From positions 620,001 through 684,000 of the forward strand of contig AP026141.1 of NCBI GenBank assembly GCA_030295235.1: DNA of 64,000 nt, written 5' to 3'. The DNA is from Fistulifera solaris (Eukaryota). The notes beneath the pieces were generated by a model, which worked only from the letters and a program-made list of their open reading frames with translations, made no database searches and was not told where the DNA came from. The position numbers were made by a program, and so were the translations under genes. Below are positions 13,472-25,071 of this stretch, in pieces (the first letter of the stretch is position 1; every line of letters begins with the position of its first letter).

Positions 13472-13975
13472 GATTTTTGTAAGAAGCGAAAGCTTCTGAT
13501 TGATGCGTTATCTCAAATGTCTTTTTGCTATGATTGCCATTCATTCCTTTATTGTGTTGAAGTCAAGAAAAGATTTTTTCTTTGAATTTTTTCTTGGCTC
13601 GCGCCGCATGCGAGGCAAGATGCAAGGTCGAACAGGATGACTGATGACTGACAGACGATAGCATACAGACGACGACAACGGGACTAAAAACCGAGTGTCG
13701 GATCTTGTACAACCTACATTTTGCACTATAGTAAATTTTGGCAACTTGCTAAGCGCCACCTTCAAGTCTTTTAACATCAATAACAAACACTAAGAGTATT
13801 ATAATATAAATATCTGTAAAGAAATCATTCATGCGCTGATATTCCGCATAATTCAACACGTAACACCAACTCAAAACCTAGCTTTTCACTTCGATCCAGG
13901 TCATTCATGAACTCATTCATCAATGCGTGCCTCGTAGCAATCATCTTTAATAGTGTTAGGTTTGTTTATAATTTT

Positions 13976-16192
13976 TTACTTGCTTGTCTTTAATTTTTGA
14001 ATCGTCTCTTCGATGGCCAAGACCGACGCCTTCTGCGCATCATCAACATTGTCGTCCGCCAGAAGCTTTCCTTTTACATCCTGCACCGCCTTGGTCAATT
14101 TGCGTAAAATGGGCTTCAATAAAATGCTCATCGTTCCTGGATTCTTTAAATACAACGTCATTTGCGTGGTGACATGAGTCCATTCCTGTTCCATCTTTTC
14201 GGGTTCCAAGCCACTGACTGACCCGTACACCACCAATCCCGGAGCCACGCGTTCGCAAATGTGATCAATGAACGCATGACACGTTTTCCGCAACGCTTCT
14301 TCCAAGTCTCGTTTCGAATCCAAGGATGCCTCTTGGACGGAGACACCCTCACGTAACAGTTGCACCAATCCATTGTCTTGTCGTTGAAAGATGCGTTGCC
14401 GATTTTGCAAAAAGCTACGAACAGCCTTACCCGTTTGCGAAAAATCCAGCTGGCGTTCGACACTGCGCAATTCCAAATCGAAGGGTGACAATTGCTCCCT
14501 TAAAATCAAAAAATGCTGAATGAGGAATAAATCACCATGCAAAGTACCATCGGCTCGTTTCTGCAAATAGTTGGCCGCCTGCTGTAAACTGGCGCACGCG
14601 GCTTGCACCGACGTCAAAGCCAAGTCTTCAAAAACACCCGGTTCCACGACACGAAAGATTTTGGACAAGATTTGTAAGACACTCCGAACCGGTGGGAACC
14701 AGGACTCGAACTGCTGCTCCAGCTGCTGTTCTAAAGTAGTCGGTGTCGTCGTATCTTGTGCCGTATTTGTTGCCAATAATTTTTCCGGATAATTCAAATC
14801 CGTCGGAGTCGCCTTGAAGCGTACTACTTGTTTCTGCAAAGCTTGGTGCGCGCAATAAATCAATCGTTCTTGGGCATCCGCCAAAATTTCGGTCAAGGCC
14901 CGTGCCGCCGCCAGTGCCGTCGTGGCCGCCGTCTTGCGTTCTTCTTTCAAAACGGCTACCATTTGACACAACGTATCCAAATCCAGTTCCACCACCAACG
15001 CCCGTCGAATTGTCCGATGCATCGAGGACGAACACAAGGTCGCCAAGTAATTGGGAAAGGTCGCATCACGACTGCTGTCCCCGAAAAAGTCTTCATACAA
15101 GGACGTCTCCATCGTACAGAAGCGAATCAAATAAACACTCGCCAGCCGTGTCATGGCGGAAGTACCGTGTTCTTGATGCAGCGTGTCCATGTGTTGACGC
15201 AAGGATGGCAACAAGAGTGCCTGACGTTGTGTACAGAACGTATTGCGACATTGCTGAACGGTGTCTTGATAAATCGGACTGGAGCGATGCATAATCTGAT
15301 GCAGAATTTTCCGGGAACGCGACGAAATGCCGTGAAAGCGTGTATAGATCAAACTCGCTTCCAATTGATCCGTACTGGGCTGGGCCTGTTTCATCAATTG
15401 TTGCGCGAGATGCACGATACGATCCGCCACGGCTTCTTGAATCAACGCGGTCGCCGCTTCTTGCAATTGCACGGCTCGTTTGTAATAAACGGCGTGTCCC
15501 GAATTCTTGTGATCCGCCGTCAATGCCATTTGATGAAAAAAGTATTCGACGGCCGCATCCAACGCATCCAAGCACTGCGGAAACTCGTCATCATCGACTT
15601 TGACTTTGGGCAATCCCCGGACGGTCGTTTTTTCCTTGAAAAGGACACCCAGTTGTGTCGCTGTTTCATCGACCGCATTGTAATGTTGCAAGGGACGACC
15701 AATGTCTTCGGCGTGTGCCGTCAATAACGTTTCTTCTTGTTGCAACCGATCGGCGGCCGCACTCAATTCTCCGGAATGTTTGACGAGGGCCGCGTGTCGT
15801 TGACTGAGATCGTGTGTCAACTGCAGAGCGCCCTGTACCGCGAGTCGTAACGAAAGGGAATGTTTGTACACTTGCGTCAAATGTTGGGCGGTGTGTTGTA
15901 CCATCGGGTGGGTTGCAGTCGTCGTTGTAGTAGAGTGTTGCTGGGAGTGTTTTGTTGTTGTTGTAGTAGTAGTTGTTGTTGTTGTTGTTGAAGTAGTCGT
16001 TTCGGTCGTATTTATAACGATGGGCCCTGCCGTCAAATCACCAATTTGTTGCAAGCGTTTCAATTGTGCAGAAGAACGAGGAGCAAATGTTTCGTAGGAA
16101 ACGGTAGTGTTATTATTCATCTGATTGTTGCTTCTCGACGGAGACGTCAACGACGCCGCAAGAGGACTGCTCAAAGCACTGGTGGTCGCCAT
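13976..16192 (-). CDS. COG3: Conserved oligomeric Golgi complex subunit 3 (Sec34)
   Basis: Intact ORF with ILADAQERLIY, DLNYPEKL, WFPPVRSVLQILSKIFR, LFLIQHFLILREQLSPFD, DSKRDLEEALRKTC. Poly-Thr tract from a (GTT/GTA)n run at ~15950-15990. Confidence 0.88.
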   Translation of the reverse strand: MATTSALSSPLAASLTSPSRSNNQMNNNTTVSYETFAPRSSAQLKRLQQIGDLTAGPIVINTTETTTSTTTTTTTTTTTTKHSQQHSTTTTTATHPMVQHTAQHLTQVYKHSLSLRLAVQGALQLTHDLSQRHAALVKHSGELSAAADRLQQEETLLTAHAEDIGRPLQHYNAVDETATQLGVLFKEKTTVRGLPKVKVDDDEFPQCLDALDAAVEYFFHQMALTADHKNSGHAVYYKRAVQLQEAATALIQEAVADRIVHLAQQLMKQAQPSTDQLEASLIYTRFHGISSRSRKILHQIMHRSSPIYQDTVQQCRNTFCTQRQALLLPSLRQHMDTLHQEHGTSAMTRLASVYLIRFCTMETSLYEDFFGDSSRDATFPNYLATLCSSSMHRTIRRALVVELDLDTLCQMVAVLKEERKTAATTALAAARALTEILADAQERLIYCAHQALQKQVVRFKATPTDLNYPEKLLATNTAQDTTTPTTLEQQLEQQFESWFPPVRSVLQILSKIFRVVEPGVFEDLALTSVQAACASLQQAANYLQKRADGTLHGDLFLIQHFLILREQLSPFDLELRSVERQLDFSQTGKAVRSFLQNRQRIFQRQDNGLVQLLREGVSVQEASLDSKRDLEEALRKTCHAFIDHICERVAPGLVVYGSVSGLEPEKMEQEWTHVTTQMTLYLKNPGTMSILLKPILRKLTKAVQDVKGKLLADDNVDDAQKASVLAIEETIQKLKTSK

Positions 16193-16594
16193 TTTTATTG
16201 TATCCGAACACACGAATTAAAGGATGCTCTTGTTTTCTTTGTGAAAACGGAAGCAAACTGATGATTGCACTGGCAGTAATATTTATTATAATCGTCAGTT
16301 ATGTTTGCATGTAAATGGAGCGAAAATCAAAAAGTCATCCGCGCCGCCGCGTCCGTTGTACGTACAAATTGGAGACCCGGATATAGAGTAAAGCTAATAC
16401 GGAGTAATAAGAGCTAAGGCTCCAGTGGAGCTGCAAAGTCATTTTTTCTCGTGAACGACAGCTTGCCCATTCTTTCGTGATTACTCCCCAAATGTTATAA
16501 GAATCAAGACAGACATAACGTAGTAATGAAAAATAGGGATTTTTGGGATTCTTAGAGCGACAACCTATCTTAATCTCCAGTTCATTGATTACAG

Positions 16595-19323
16595 TTAGCC
16601 TCCCAACAGTTCATTCAATGCCTGATCCATATTATTGTTGTATTTCAGTAACGCCGCAACAATAGCATCGGGATCGAAATCCATAGCCAGGAGACTTGCG
16701 ACCTTTTCATCGTCAACTTGCGTCACTCGCGCGCTACCGTGGATCGAAACGGATTGAACGCCTGGATGGGTGGCCATGACGCGTGTCGGGGGCGCTGCCT
16801 CGGTTTGACTCGAAGTGCTTTGTCCATACGTCGCCGCCATGCGGGCATCTTCGGCTTCTTGGCGATTCCGTCGTAAACTGTCTTCATAGTCACATCGGTC
16901 AATTGCCACACGAGCGGACATGTCTTCGACAGCCAATTTCCATTTCTGCAGTTTCGGTAAAATGGAATCATAAAAGGCCTTGCCCTCTCGTAAATGATCC
17001 GTCAAATGATCCATTTCTTCCAACGCATCTTCCAATTTGACAATGAACGCTTCGCCGCCGGCTTTTTGTTGTCGGGCTTCCATGAACAGTTCGTTTTCTT
17101 TCAAAATCATGGCCAATAATTTGCCTTGTCGTTCAATGCTTTGCTCCAATACCAAAAACTTGTGTTGGAACGACAGTTTCGCACTCGCGGCCACTTGGCG
17201 GTAGGCTCCCTCATCGTGAACGCGATTCTTTTCCAATTCCTGCAGTTGCGGAACGATGCTCACCGTTTTGACTTCTTCACGAAGTGCCTGGACGAGTCCT
17301 TCACGATCTCGGAATAAGAGGGACAAATCGACCAAATGCTGGGAAAGTGCCGTGACATTGATGGCATTTTGATCCCCCGAAGATCCCGGAAACAGACGAT
17401 CCAGCTGCGACTTGCTCATGCGCAAGAGACGGAATTTGGAGTCGGTTTCCAACGTTTCACTCTTTTGTACGACTAAAGCATCGGATTCTTCCGCTTCCGT
17501 CATGAGTCGTTGGAAACGTTGCATCTGTGTGCGAAAGGGTTGCTGAATGTCTTCAATGGGATTGTTGCCGGACACGGCATAATCCGGATACGACTTGCGG
17601 AAATACCGATCCATTTCCAAGTCTTCATCGAGCTGTTGCGATACTTGTTTCAACAAACGTCGAGCTTGTTCCGCTTGATCTTGCAATTCCCACAATTCAC
17701 TCTTAATGTGTGATTCGCGACGTTCAATTTGTAACAACTGCACACGTTCCCACAAATCCTCTGGTACACCACCCCCGGCGAGTTCTTGTCGATACGCGGT
17801 CAAGCTGTGCGGCAGTTGAACGGCCGCCAGTGCTTTCCGAGCCCGTTCCGTGTGCTCTTCTCCCAAAAGGGCCTTGGCGTAGACCAATTGCTCCACTTCG
17901 TATCGAAAATCTTGCACATATTGTCGGGTTCGTGGAGACAAGACACTTTGAAAGAAATGATCGTGCAGCGATGGTAACAGTTGAGACAAATCCGGAGTCA
18001 TGTTCAGTGACGATTGAGTGGGAATTTCGGGCAATTCGTCGAGTGGTATCGGTCTCGGACCACCTTCTTCCAGCATTTCTTGTCGTTCTTGGATCATGTC
18101 TTGAACCATTGATTCCACCGGAATTTCCCACTTTTGATATTGCTGATTCCGCAAAGGAGAGGATGATGATGATGGAGAAGACAAGACTCTTCGACATGCA
18201 TCAACAGCATCAAGGGCAACATTCAAACGCGCCATCACCATGGCATTTTGTTGTTTCTCTACATGCTCCATGGCTTGATGATAATGCATCAACGCCGTCA
18301 TCCAGGATTCCCACGCCCGGCTCCAAACCGACCACTCTTGATACCGTTGCCGCAAAGTTGCATCGGATCCGACCGGCATCAATATCGCGTCAGAGTCGAC
18401 TTGCTGATACAGTGGAATTGCGGCAGCCGCTAATTTGGCCAACATGAAATGGCGAGGGCGCGGTAGTTTTCGAAAGGCCTCATAACTGGTACGTTGCGCT
18501 TCAGCCAGAATGGCGTACTCCCACATTCGCAACGTGTGTAGTTGAAATGCGATACTACTGGTACTGCACGCCAGGGCGGTGGTCAAGGACGCCGTCGACG
18601 TGGATTCGGGATACAATTCTTCCGTTCGCAATCGACGCAACAAAGCGGCCGCTGTACACAAATGTGCCCCCGTTTGCACCCATCCCGTCTTTTTGGTGAG
18701 ATCTTTTGCGTCGCGCGATATATTTCCAAAGTGCATAGATTCCAGATGATATTGGCCCGTTCCCATTCCAATCCACCAAATACATCGATGTGATCGGATC
18801 CGAGTGTCTGCCAGTGCGATCGGAAGGGATTCCAGCATGGTTCATCGGAATGATAGCGATTCCTGCTGTTACTATTGTCATCGTAGGCGTCATCATCTTT
18901 GAACGAATACGACGCATGAAACGTACTGCTCATTTTGGAAACGCCATCGGAGGGTGCTGGTCGCCGACTATGATCGACACATGGCAACCAAAAATACTCG
19001 TGTTGCAAGAATTCCGCCAAAGCTGCCGCGTATTCTTGCATGGACGGTACGGCTTGTTCCCAACACGTCGTGAAACTGTGACACGATTGTTGTAATGCGT
19101 GCGCCATCGTACGTCGCATGCGTTGCAATCGCTCTAAATCGGATTGACATTCCAACACGGTGGGCGGTCGGTCACTATTAACATCATCCTCACTCTTTCC
19201 TTGATGATTCAGCTCAGCATTATCTTGTTGATATTCGAGCCACGCTTGCAAAGGAGTAACGAGGTCTAAATCGAGTTCCACCGGAATGCGCAGGGGTAAG
19301 ACAAGTGTCTTGACCGAGTTCAT
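16595..19323 (-). CDS. BRO1/ALIX-family protein with V-domain and C-terminal UBA domain
   Basis: LEWERANIIWNL (BRO1 motif), ILAEAQ, LAKLAA, LPHSLTAY, LREGKAFYD, and UBA-like LLAMDFDPDAIVAALLKYNNNMDQALNELL. ORFs 18583-19323 and 16595-18838 join by one indel near 18720. Confidence 0.8.
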
Positions 19324-20747
19324 TTTGTGGCTTCTATTTGTCGTTTGTATGTAACAAAAAGACTATTGCTTTACGATCATCCACAAAATAAATTACCGCC
19401 GCGTCAGCCTCGAGCTGAAAGGGATGAAAAGGGACAATAACAACAATAACAACTCTAGAAACAACACAACGATAGATCGAATGCAAATGCAGGTCGATGC
19501 ATTTTTATTTGTGTGTGTTATTGCGGTTGTCTTCCTCTCTCTTTGCCGTCTCTGTCCACCGCAAAAGTCATTTCTACTGTTTAATCAACTCTGCAACAAT
19601 AACCGGTACCAAACCGTAGTACCACTCCACGTAACGAAGGTGGTTTCCGGTGGTACTCCTTCTCTGGCAAATAAAGTAGAGAACAGGGTGTCTGGTGTCG
19701 CTCCGTGCTCGCAAGATCGCATCTTCGGTCTTCAATGACACTGATAAAAACTGTGCGACCAATACCGTTGTGAAATGTCAAACGTTAAGTAAATAGCGAC
19801 ACTGAAAACGTATTGTCCGACGACGGTCATGATACACTGGTCCACTGACAGTAAGCATAAACTGTACAGATGTCCGTTCAGTCCCCCATCGGAATATCTT
19901 GAAAGCTCCTCCAAACGCCGGGCAAACAATCATTAGAAAGGATTTGCATGGATGAATCATCGAGAGCGTTTAACGACTAACGACACCAGTTCTCTTGCAA
20001 TGATGTAGTAACACATCGATAAGAAAGACTATTCGTTCATTGATTTCATTTCAGGTGATTTCAGACAGCGCTGAAGTCTAAGCGTCTCTCCGAGTCAAGT
20101 CGTTCGCGACGGCGTCCGCAATGTAAACCAAAAACGGATACAGCTGCGCAGATCATTATGCTAGATAATGGAATGTTCAGATGCTTACGTATCCTGGAGA
20201 TACCGGGCACGCGTCCCTCCGATATCCGAAAGATATATCAGGTACGAAGAAAGCGAACAAAATCATGTCGTCGAGAGTTACGCTTTGGTTACGATTACAT
20301 GTTTTGTTTAATGCTATTCTGAGTTATAATGGTTATCTTTAGCTACGGTAGCTGTTGGAGATTGAAACTTTCCTCTTTTTGTTTAGACAGGCGACCAAAG
20401 CAAGGACGAAAGCCTTTCAGTTTATTAGAGGCCGATAACTATAGTACCAAAAACTGTTGTCCGTTTTTCACCACGACTGATTTCAGTCATGATGTGGCTA
20501 TTAATTTAGTACTCAAACTATTATACTCGGCAATTTCTTCTCGTTTTTCGTTTTGAAAAGGATCGTTGCGGTTGCTGGATGCGAGATGCGAAAGAAAAGA
20601 TATATCGGCCATCACTTTCAAGTCATCACTTTTCAAGTAAAGATGATGAGAATAGCAATTAAGTTTTTCCGCTGAGAAGAACGACAATAGTAAAAGCAAA
20701 CAATAAAGAAGACAGAATGTCGAGTACTTCTGTGACTTTTTCTTTTG

Positions 20748-22625
20748 ATGCGTCGCTTCCTATATCAGAATAGAACGACTCCTCATCACTGCCGTCGACT
20801 GTTATCGTCTTCGCCTTCTCTTTCGTCTCTACAAACTCATACTACCGAAAACAATCGCTCCAAACACTTTGGCTGGACGAAACATGGTTTTGGAAGGATT
20901 CAAGCGCGTTGTGAGAATTCTGCTACGACACAATTGACGCACATAAGTCATCGAGCCCCCGCACGTTGCATTCCGTTTCAACATCGCACGACCGCCGCGC
21001 CCGGAGCCATTTGTGTTCTCAGCAATTACGGTGGAGGACTTGTACAAGGGGATCAAGTCGATTGGAAGATTCATGTACAAAAAGAAGCGCGTTTGGGATT
21101 GATCACACAAGGAGCAAATCGGATTTACAAACATCAGTCTACTAGTAGTGACGAACCCATCAGTCAAACGACATTGCACGCCACCGTTGAAGCCGACGGA
21201 CTCTTAGTACATGCACCGGATCCCGTCTCGTGTTTTCAACATTCCCGGTATCGTCAGACGTCCCACATTCAAGTACAACACGACGATGACACTCGTCGAC
21301 AAGAATCCGTGTGTTGGATGGATTGGTTCAGTGCGGGACGACTTTCCCGCGGAGAACGATGGCAGCAAACGCAATTGGAGAATAATACCACTCTCGAAAT
21401 CATGGGAAACAAATCATTTGTGTGTCACGACAATACGAAGGCCCAGGCACAACACATGGGCCCCTTTTCCGCCTTTGGGACATTGTTGTTGTACGGACCT
21501 CAAGTGCAAGCTGTCGTACAAGAATGTTTGTCGTTGCAAAGTCAATTGGTTCGCCAGCACACTCGTATTCGACAGCATCCCCTCTTGTTGCGCGAATTGC
21601 GCGATTTGCCATTGTTGGCGGGACGGTGTGTGGTAGGAGTGAGTCACATTGAAACGAATAATCATACGGCGCCGTTGCACATGGTACGGTTTTTGACACA
21701 ATCCAATGAAGACATGTACCGATTGTTGCACCAGTGCTTGCTTCCATTGCAACCACAATTCCAGTACGCCTTTTATCAAGATCGTTTGCAATCACAACGT
21801 TCGGCAGCGGTCCCCGCAGTGACGACTCCGTGGCAAGTCAAAGAGTCGGCCACAACAACCATAACAACGACAACAGCAACACCCTTCTCAACGCAAGCGC
21901 AATGGCTGTCGTATTTGTTGTCGGATTCCAGCTTACCCGTGGGTGGATTCGCGCATTCGGCGGGTTTAGAAGCCGCCCATCAGTTGGGATTGGTACCCAC
22001 GGTCACAGAATTGGAGGCTTACATCCACGCCGTCGTGCATTCGACGTTGCAGATGGTGTCACCCTTGGTACGGGCGAGTCATGCTTGGGTGCGGGGTCCT
22101 ACGTGTGACGACTGGAATGTCTATACGCAGATTCAAGAGCTCGCGCATGCTCATTTGTGCAGCAATGAAATGAGTTGTCGCGTGTCTTTGGATCAAGGGC
22201 GTAGTTTGTTGCGGGTTTTTTCTTCGTGGAAAGAGGAAGAATCCAAGCCAGTGGTGAATGACAAAACAGCAGCCTTGGCTCGTATTCGTCGCATGTACAC
22301 GGAAACCTCCACTTCCTCCAACGCAACAATGCCTCACCATCATTTGGCTCCCATTTGGGGCGCTCTGACCGGTTCTTTCAGCTTGCCGGAAGAAGAAGCT
22401 TGTCATTTGTTGGGATATTGCGTCGCTCGCGACATTGTATCCGCAGCGGTCCGCATGAATTTGTTGGGTCCCATACATTCGACCGAACTTTTGGCCCGAA
22501 CACATGCGGCCGTCCAAGCGGGGCTGTCGGCAGAGACGACGACAATGTTGGGCGGATGCGCTCCGTTGGTGGATGCGATTCACCCTTGTCACAATGTGTT
22601 ATCGACTCGCCTGTTTCGTAGTTAG
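20748..22625 (+). CDS. ureD-ureF: Urease accessory UreD-UreF fusion protein with mitochondrial-type presequence
   Basis: One uninterrupted ORF. UreD motifs YGGGLVQGD, TQGANRIYK, AGRLSRGERW; Thr-rich linker; UreF motifs LLSDSSLPVGGFAHSAGLE, SAAVRMNLLGP and terminal RLFRS. Confidence 0.9.
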   Translation: MRRFLYQNRTTPHHCRRLLSSSPSLSSLQTHTTENNRSKHFGWTKHGFGRIQARCENSATTQLTHISHRAPARCIPFQHRTTAAPGAICVLSNYGGGLVQGDQVDWKIHVQKEARLGLITQGANRIYKHQSTSSDEPISQTTLHATVEADGLLVHAPDPVSCFQHSRYRQTSHIQVQHDDDTRRQESVCWMDWFSAGRLSRGERWQQTQLENNTTLEIMGNKSFVCHDNTKAQAQHMGPFSAFGTLLLYGPQVQAVVQECLSLQSQLVRQHTRIRQHPLLLRELRDLPLLAGRCVVGVSHIETNNHTAPLHMVRFLTQSNEDMYRLLHQCLLPLQPQFQYAFYQDRLQSQRSAAVPAVTTPWQVKESATTTITTTTATPFSTQAQWLSYLLSDSSLPVGGFAHSAGLEAAHQLGLVPTVTELEAYIHAVVHSTLQMVSPLVRASHAWVRGPTCDDWNVYTQIQELAHAHLCSNEMSCRVSLDQGRSLLRVFSSWKEEESKPVVNDKTAALARIRRMYTETSTSSNATMPHHHLAPIWGALTGSFSLPEEEACHLLGYCVARDIVSAAVRMNLLGPIHSTELLARTHAAVQAGLSAETTTMLGGCAPLVDAIHPCHNVLSTRLFRS

Positions 22626-22732
22626 TTGTTCTTGGTAGCCTCTCTGTGGACTTGATTTTGGAAATGAAAAGGACTAATAGTGTATTCATCTAAAAGTTTG
22701 TTTGATATTTTTGTTATTTTCTTGCTATGCTC

Positions 22733-23779
22733 TTAAAATTCCATCAAATCCTTCTTACTGGGCAACACGAATTGCGGTTGAAATTGAAAAATTGCCGAGT
22801 CATGATGATCTTCATCTAGAAATATTCCTTCTCCATTAATAGACTTGATCGTTTGATGCACATCCTTCCGTACGCGCCATAACAACGACAAGACCTGTTC
22901 GAGCGGAACTGTAAAGGTACTATCCTCGCTAGGAGTTTCTTTAGAGACCAAGCTGTCGCGTAAACTGGCTTCATTCACCAATACAACACCCGGCATATTT
23001 TGCAGTTGTGTTATCAACCGCTCCAACTCCGATGCTGTGAATTGACAACGGTTGTTACTCATCGCTGTGGTGTTGGATAACACCGCCGTAAGTATGTGTT
23101 CTTGTACTTGATACTGCAACTGTTCCTTCAATCGTTTCTGTATTTGTAAATATTCTTGTATCGATTGAATGGAGTGTAATGTATCACTCGATTGCGTAAA
23201 TTGCTGTAATTCTTGTTCCAAAATCTTCATTCGATCCATGGTGCGATCCAACGCAGTCAAACTTCGACACAATCGTTCATTCTGTTGTTGCAATGAACGC
23301 ACCGTTCGCCGTGTTGCACCATAGACGTGTCGCAAGGTTCCGTACGTTTGTTGCGTCCGTTCGTGTCGTATCACCAGGCTTGCTAATAACAAGGTGCAGC
23401 CACATCCCGTGAATATGAGAACACGCATCACGGAAGAAGATGTCGACCAACCCAGCAACGACCATTGTAACAAGACATAAACATTCGCTCCTACGGCGGC
23501 CATGGCCAAAGTATCAATGCACAACGTTCGAGAACAGCGTCGTTGGTTGGGTATACTAGTATTGCTAGCCATTGTACTTGTTTCCCATCGATCGGAAACA
23601 TTCGATTCGTCATTGTCGTGTAAAAAGGCTTCTTTCGTGACCCGCGCTCGCCATCGTAAACTGTTGGTAGTATTCATTGCTTTTGAGAAAAGAACTAAAT
23701 CAAGAAAGTGACAACACAACAAACAGCAACCCTTTTGTTTTCTATTATTGAACGAAAAGAACGAAGCCGCCTTATTCAA
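22733..23779 (-). CDS. Hypothetical protein, two TM segments followed by coiled coil
   Basis: 348-aa ORF; the true start may be the internal MNTTNS. Hydrophobic pair, then heptad-like Q/L-rich region. Confidence 0.55.
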   Translation of the reverse strand: MNKAASFFSFNNRKQKGCCLLCCHFLDLVLFSKAMNTTNSLRWRARVTKEAFLHDNDESNVSDRWETSTMASNTSIPNQRRCSRTLCIDTLAMAAVGANVYVLLQWSLLGWSTSSSVMRVLIFTGCGCTLLLASLVIRHERTQQTYGTLRHVYGATRRTVRSLQQQNERLCRSLTALDRTMDRMKILEQELQQFTQSSDTLHSIQSIQEYLQIQKRLKEQLQYQVQEHILTAVLSNTTAMSNNRCQFTASELERLITQLQNMPGVVLVNEASLRDSLVSKETPSEDSTFTVPLEQVLSLLWRVRKDVHQTIKSINGEGIFLDEDHHDSAIFQFQPQFVLPSKKDLMEF

Positions 23780-23974
23780 AAAAAATGCGTTCGGCGCATA
23801 CTACTATCCATCCAAGTGTATGCGACCTTTTTCCGTGACTGCATTTCAATCGTGAGCTATGGCGTTCATCCAGCTCCATTTCGGCCTTCTGTTCGCAATG
23901 CTATCTTCTCACAATTCGTTTGTCATCAAATACAATGCAAATATGAATTTGGAACCATTCTTTGAAATGTGCTC

Positions 23975-24995
23975 CCGATTTCATGTCGAATTTTCTTCGA
24001 GAGGAGTCGTTCTAGCCCTCGGGTCCAGAATTTCTGGACCAATAGCAGAATTTCTGTATGATGAAGACACCTGGTCCAGAATTTCTGGACCATTCACAAA
24101 AGTTTTTTCTTCAGTCGTTTTATTCTCAATTATTCGATCTCCAAACTTATTTCGAAACTTACATTGTCTATAGTCTTTGAGTATTCTTGATTTTCATGCC
24201 GAAATTCCTCGAGGAGTCGTTCTTTTCCTCGGGTCCAGAATTTCTGGACCATAAACAGAATTGCTGAATGAAGAGAAACACTGGCCCCAGAATTTCTGGA
24301 CCATGCACAAAGTTTCTTTAAATCGTTTTATTCTCAATTATTTGATCTAGTCGATTTATACCTACAGTATTACTTCGAGTATCTTGATTTTCATGTCGAA
24401 ATTCCTCGAAGAAGTCGTTGCTCTCCTCTGGTCCAGAATTTCTGGACCGTCATACAGACTTTCTGAATGATGGAAAGCACGTGGTCCAGAATATCTGGAT
24501 CATGCACAAAATTTCTTTTTAAATCGTTTTATTCTCAATTATTCTATTCGATCCAGAATAATTTACTTCGAGTTTCCTGATTTTCATGTCGATTTCCTCA
24601 AGGAGTCGTTCTTTTCCTCTGGTCCAGAATTTCTGGATCTTCATACAGACTTTCTGTATGACGGAAAGCACGTGTTCCAGAATATCTGGACCATGCACAA
24701 AGTTTCGTTTAACCTCTCACTTATTTAATTCAAAATGTTTTATAATGAAACATTACCTAAATGCATGAGAATTCCTGATTTTCATGTCGAACATTCTCGA
24801 GGAGTCGTTGTTCTCCTCGGGTCCAGGATTTCTGGACCATGCACAGAGTTTTTTTAAGAACCTTCCACGAGTCGTTGTTTTCCTCGAGTCAAATCTTCTG
24901 ATATGTTTACAGAGTTTCCTGTATGATGCAAAAGACTGTGTCCAAATGTGCACTGAGCTTTTTTAAATCGTTTTAATCTCAATTATTCGACCTAG
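23975..24995. repeat. Diverged tandem repeat, ~190-210-bp unit, ~5 copies, each with paired GGTCCAGAATTTCTGGACC palindromes
   Basis: First palindromes at ~24022, 24232, 24430, 24621 and 24820, with a partner ~51-53 bp downstream in the first four units. Shared flanks GATTTTCATGTCGAA and AATCGTTTTATTCTCAATTATT. Confidence 0.92.
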
Positions 24996-25071
24996 ACGTT
25001 TTTATACATTAACTACATCCAACTCTGAGTAACGGCTTCTTCTTTTATACTTATGATCAGTTTCGGATCTA

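Noticed and set aside
13690..13745. Possible further copy of the hairpin repeat family (CGGATCTTGTACAACCTACATTTTGCACTATAGTAAATT)
   Set aside because: Only the downstream AT-rich part resembles the family and the hairpin is absent; too weak by eye.
14828..15727. Long antisense ORFs (299 aa here; 245 aa at 17710-18447)
   Set aside because: Shadows of the opposite-strand COG3 and BRO1 coding sequences, with no independent motifs.
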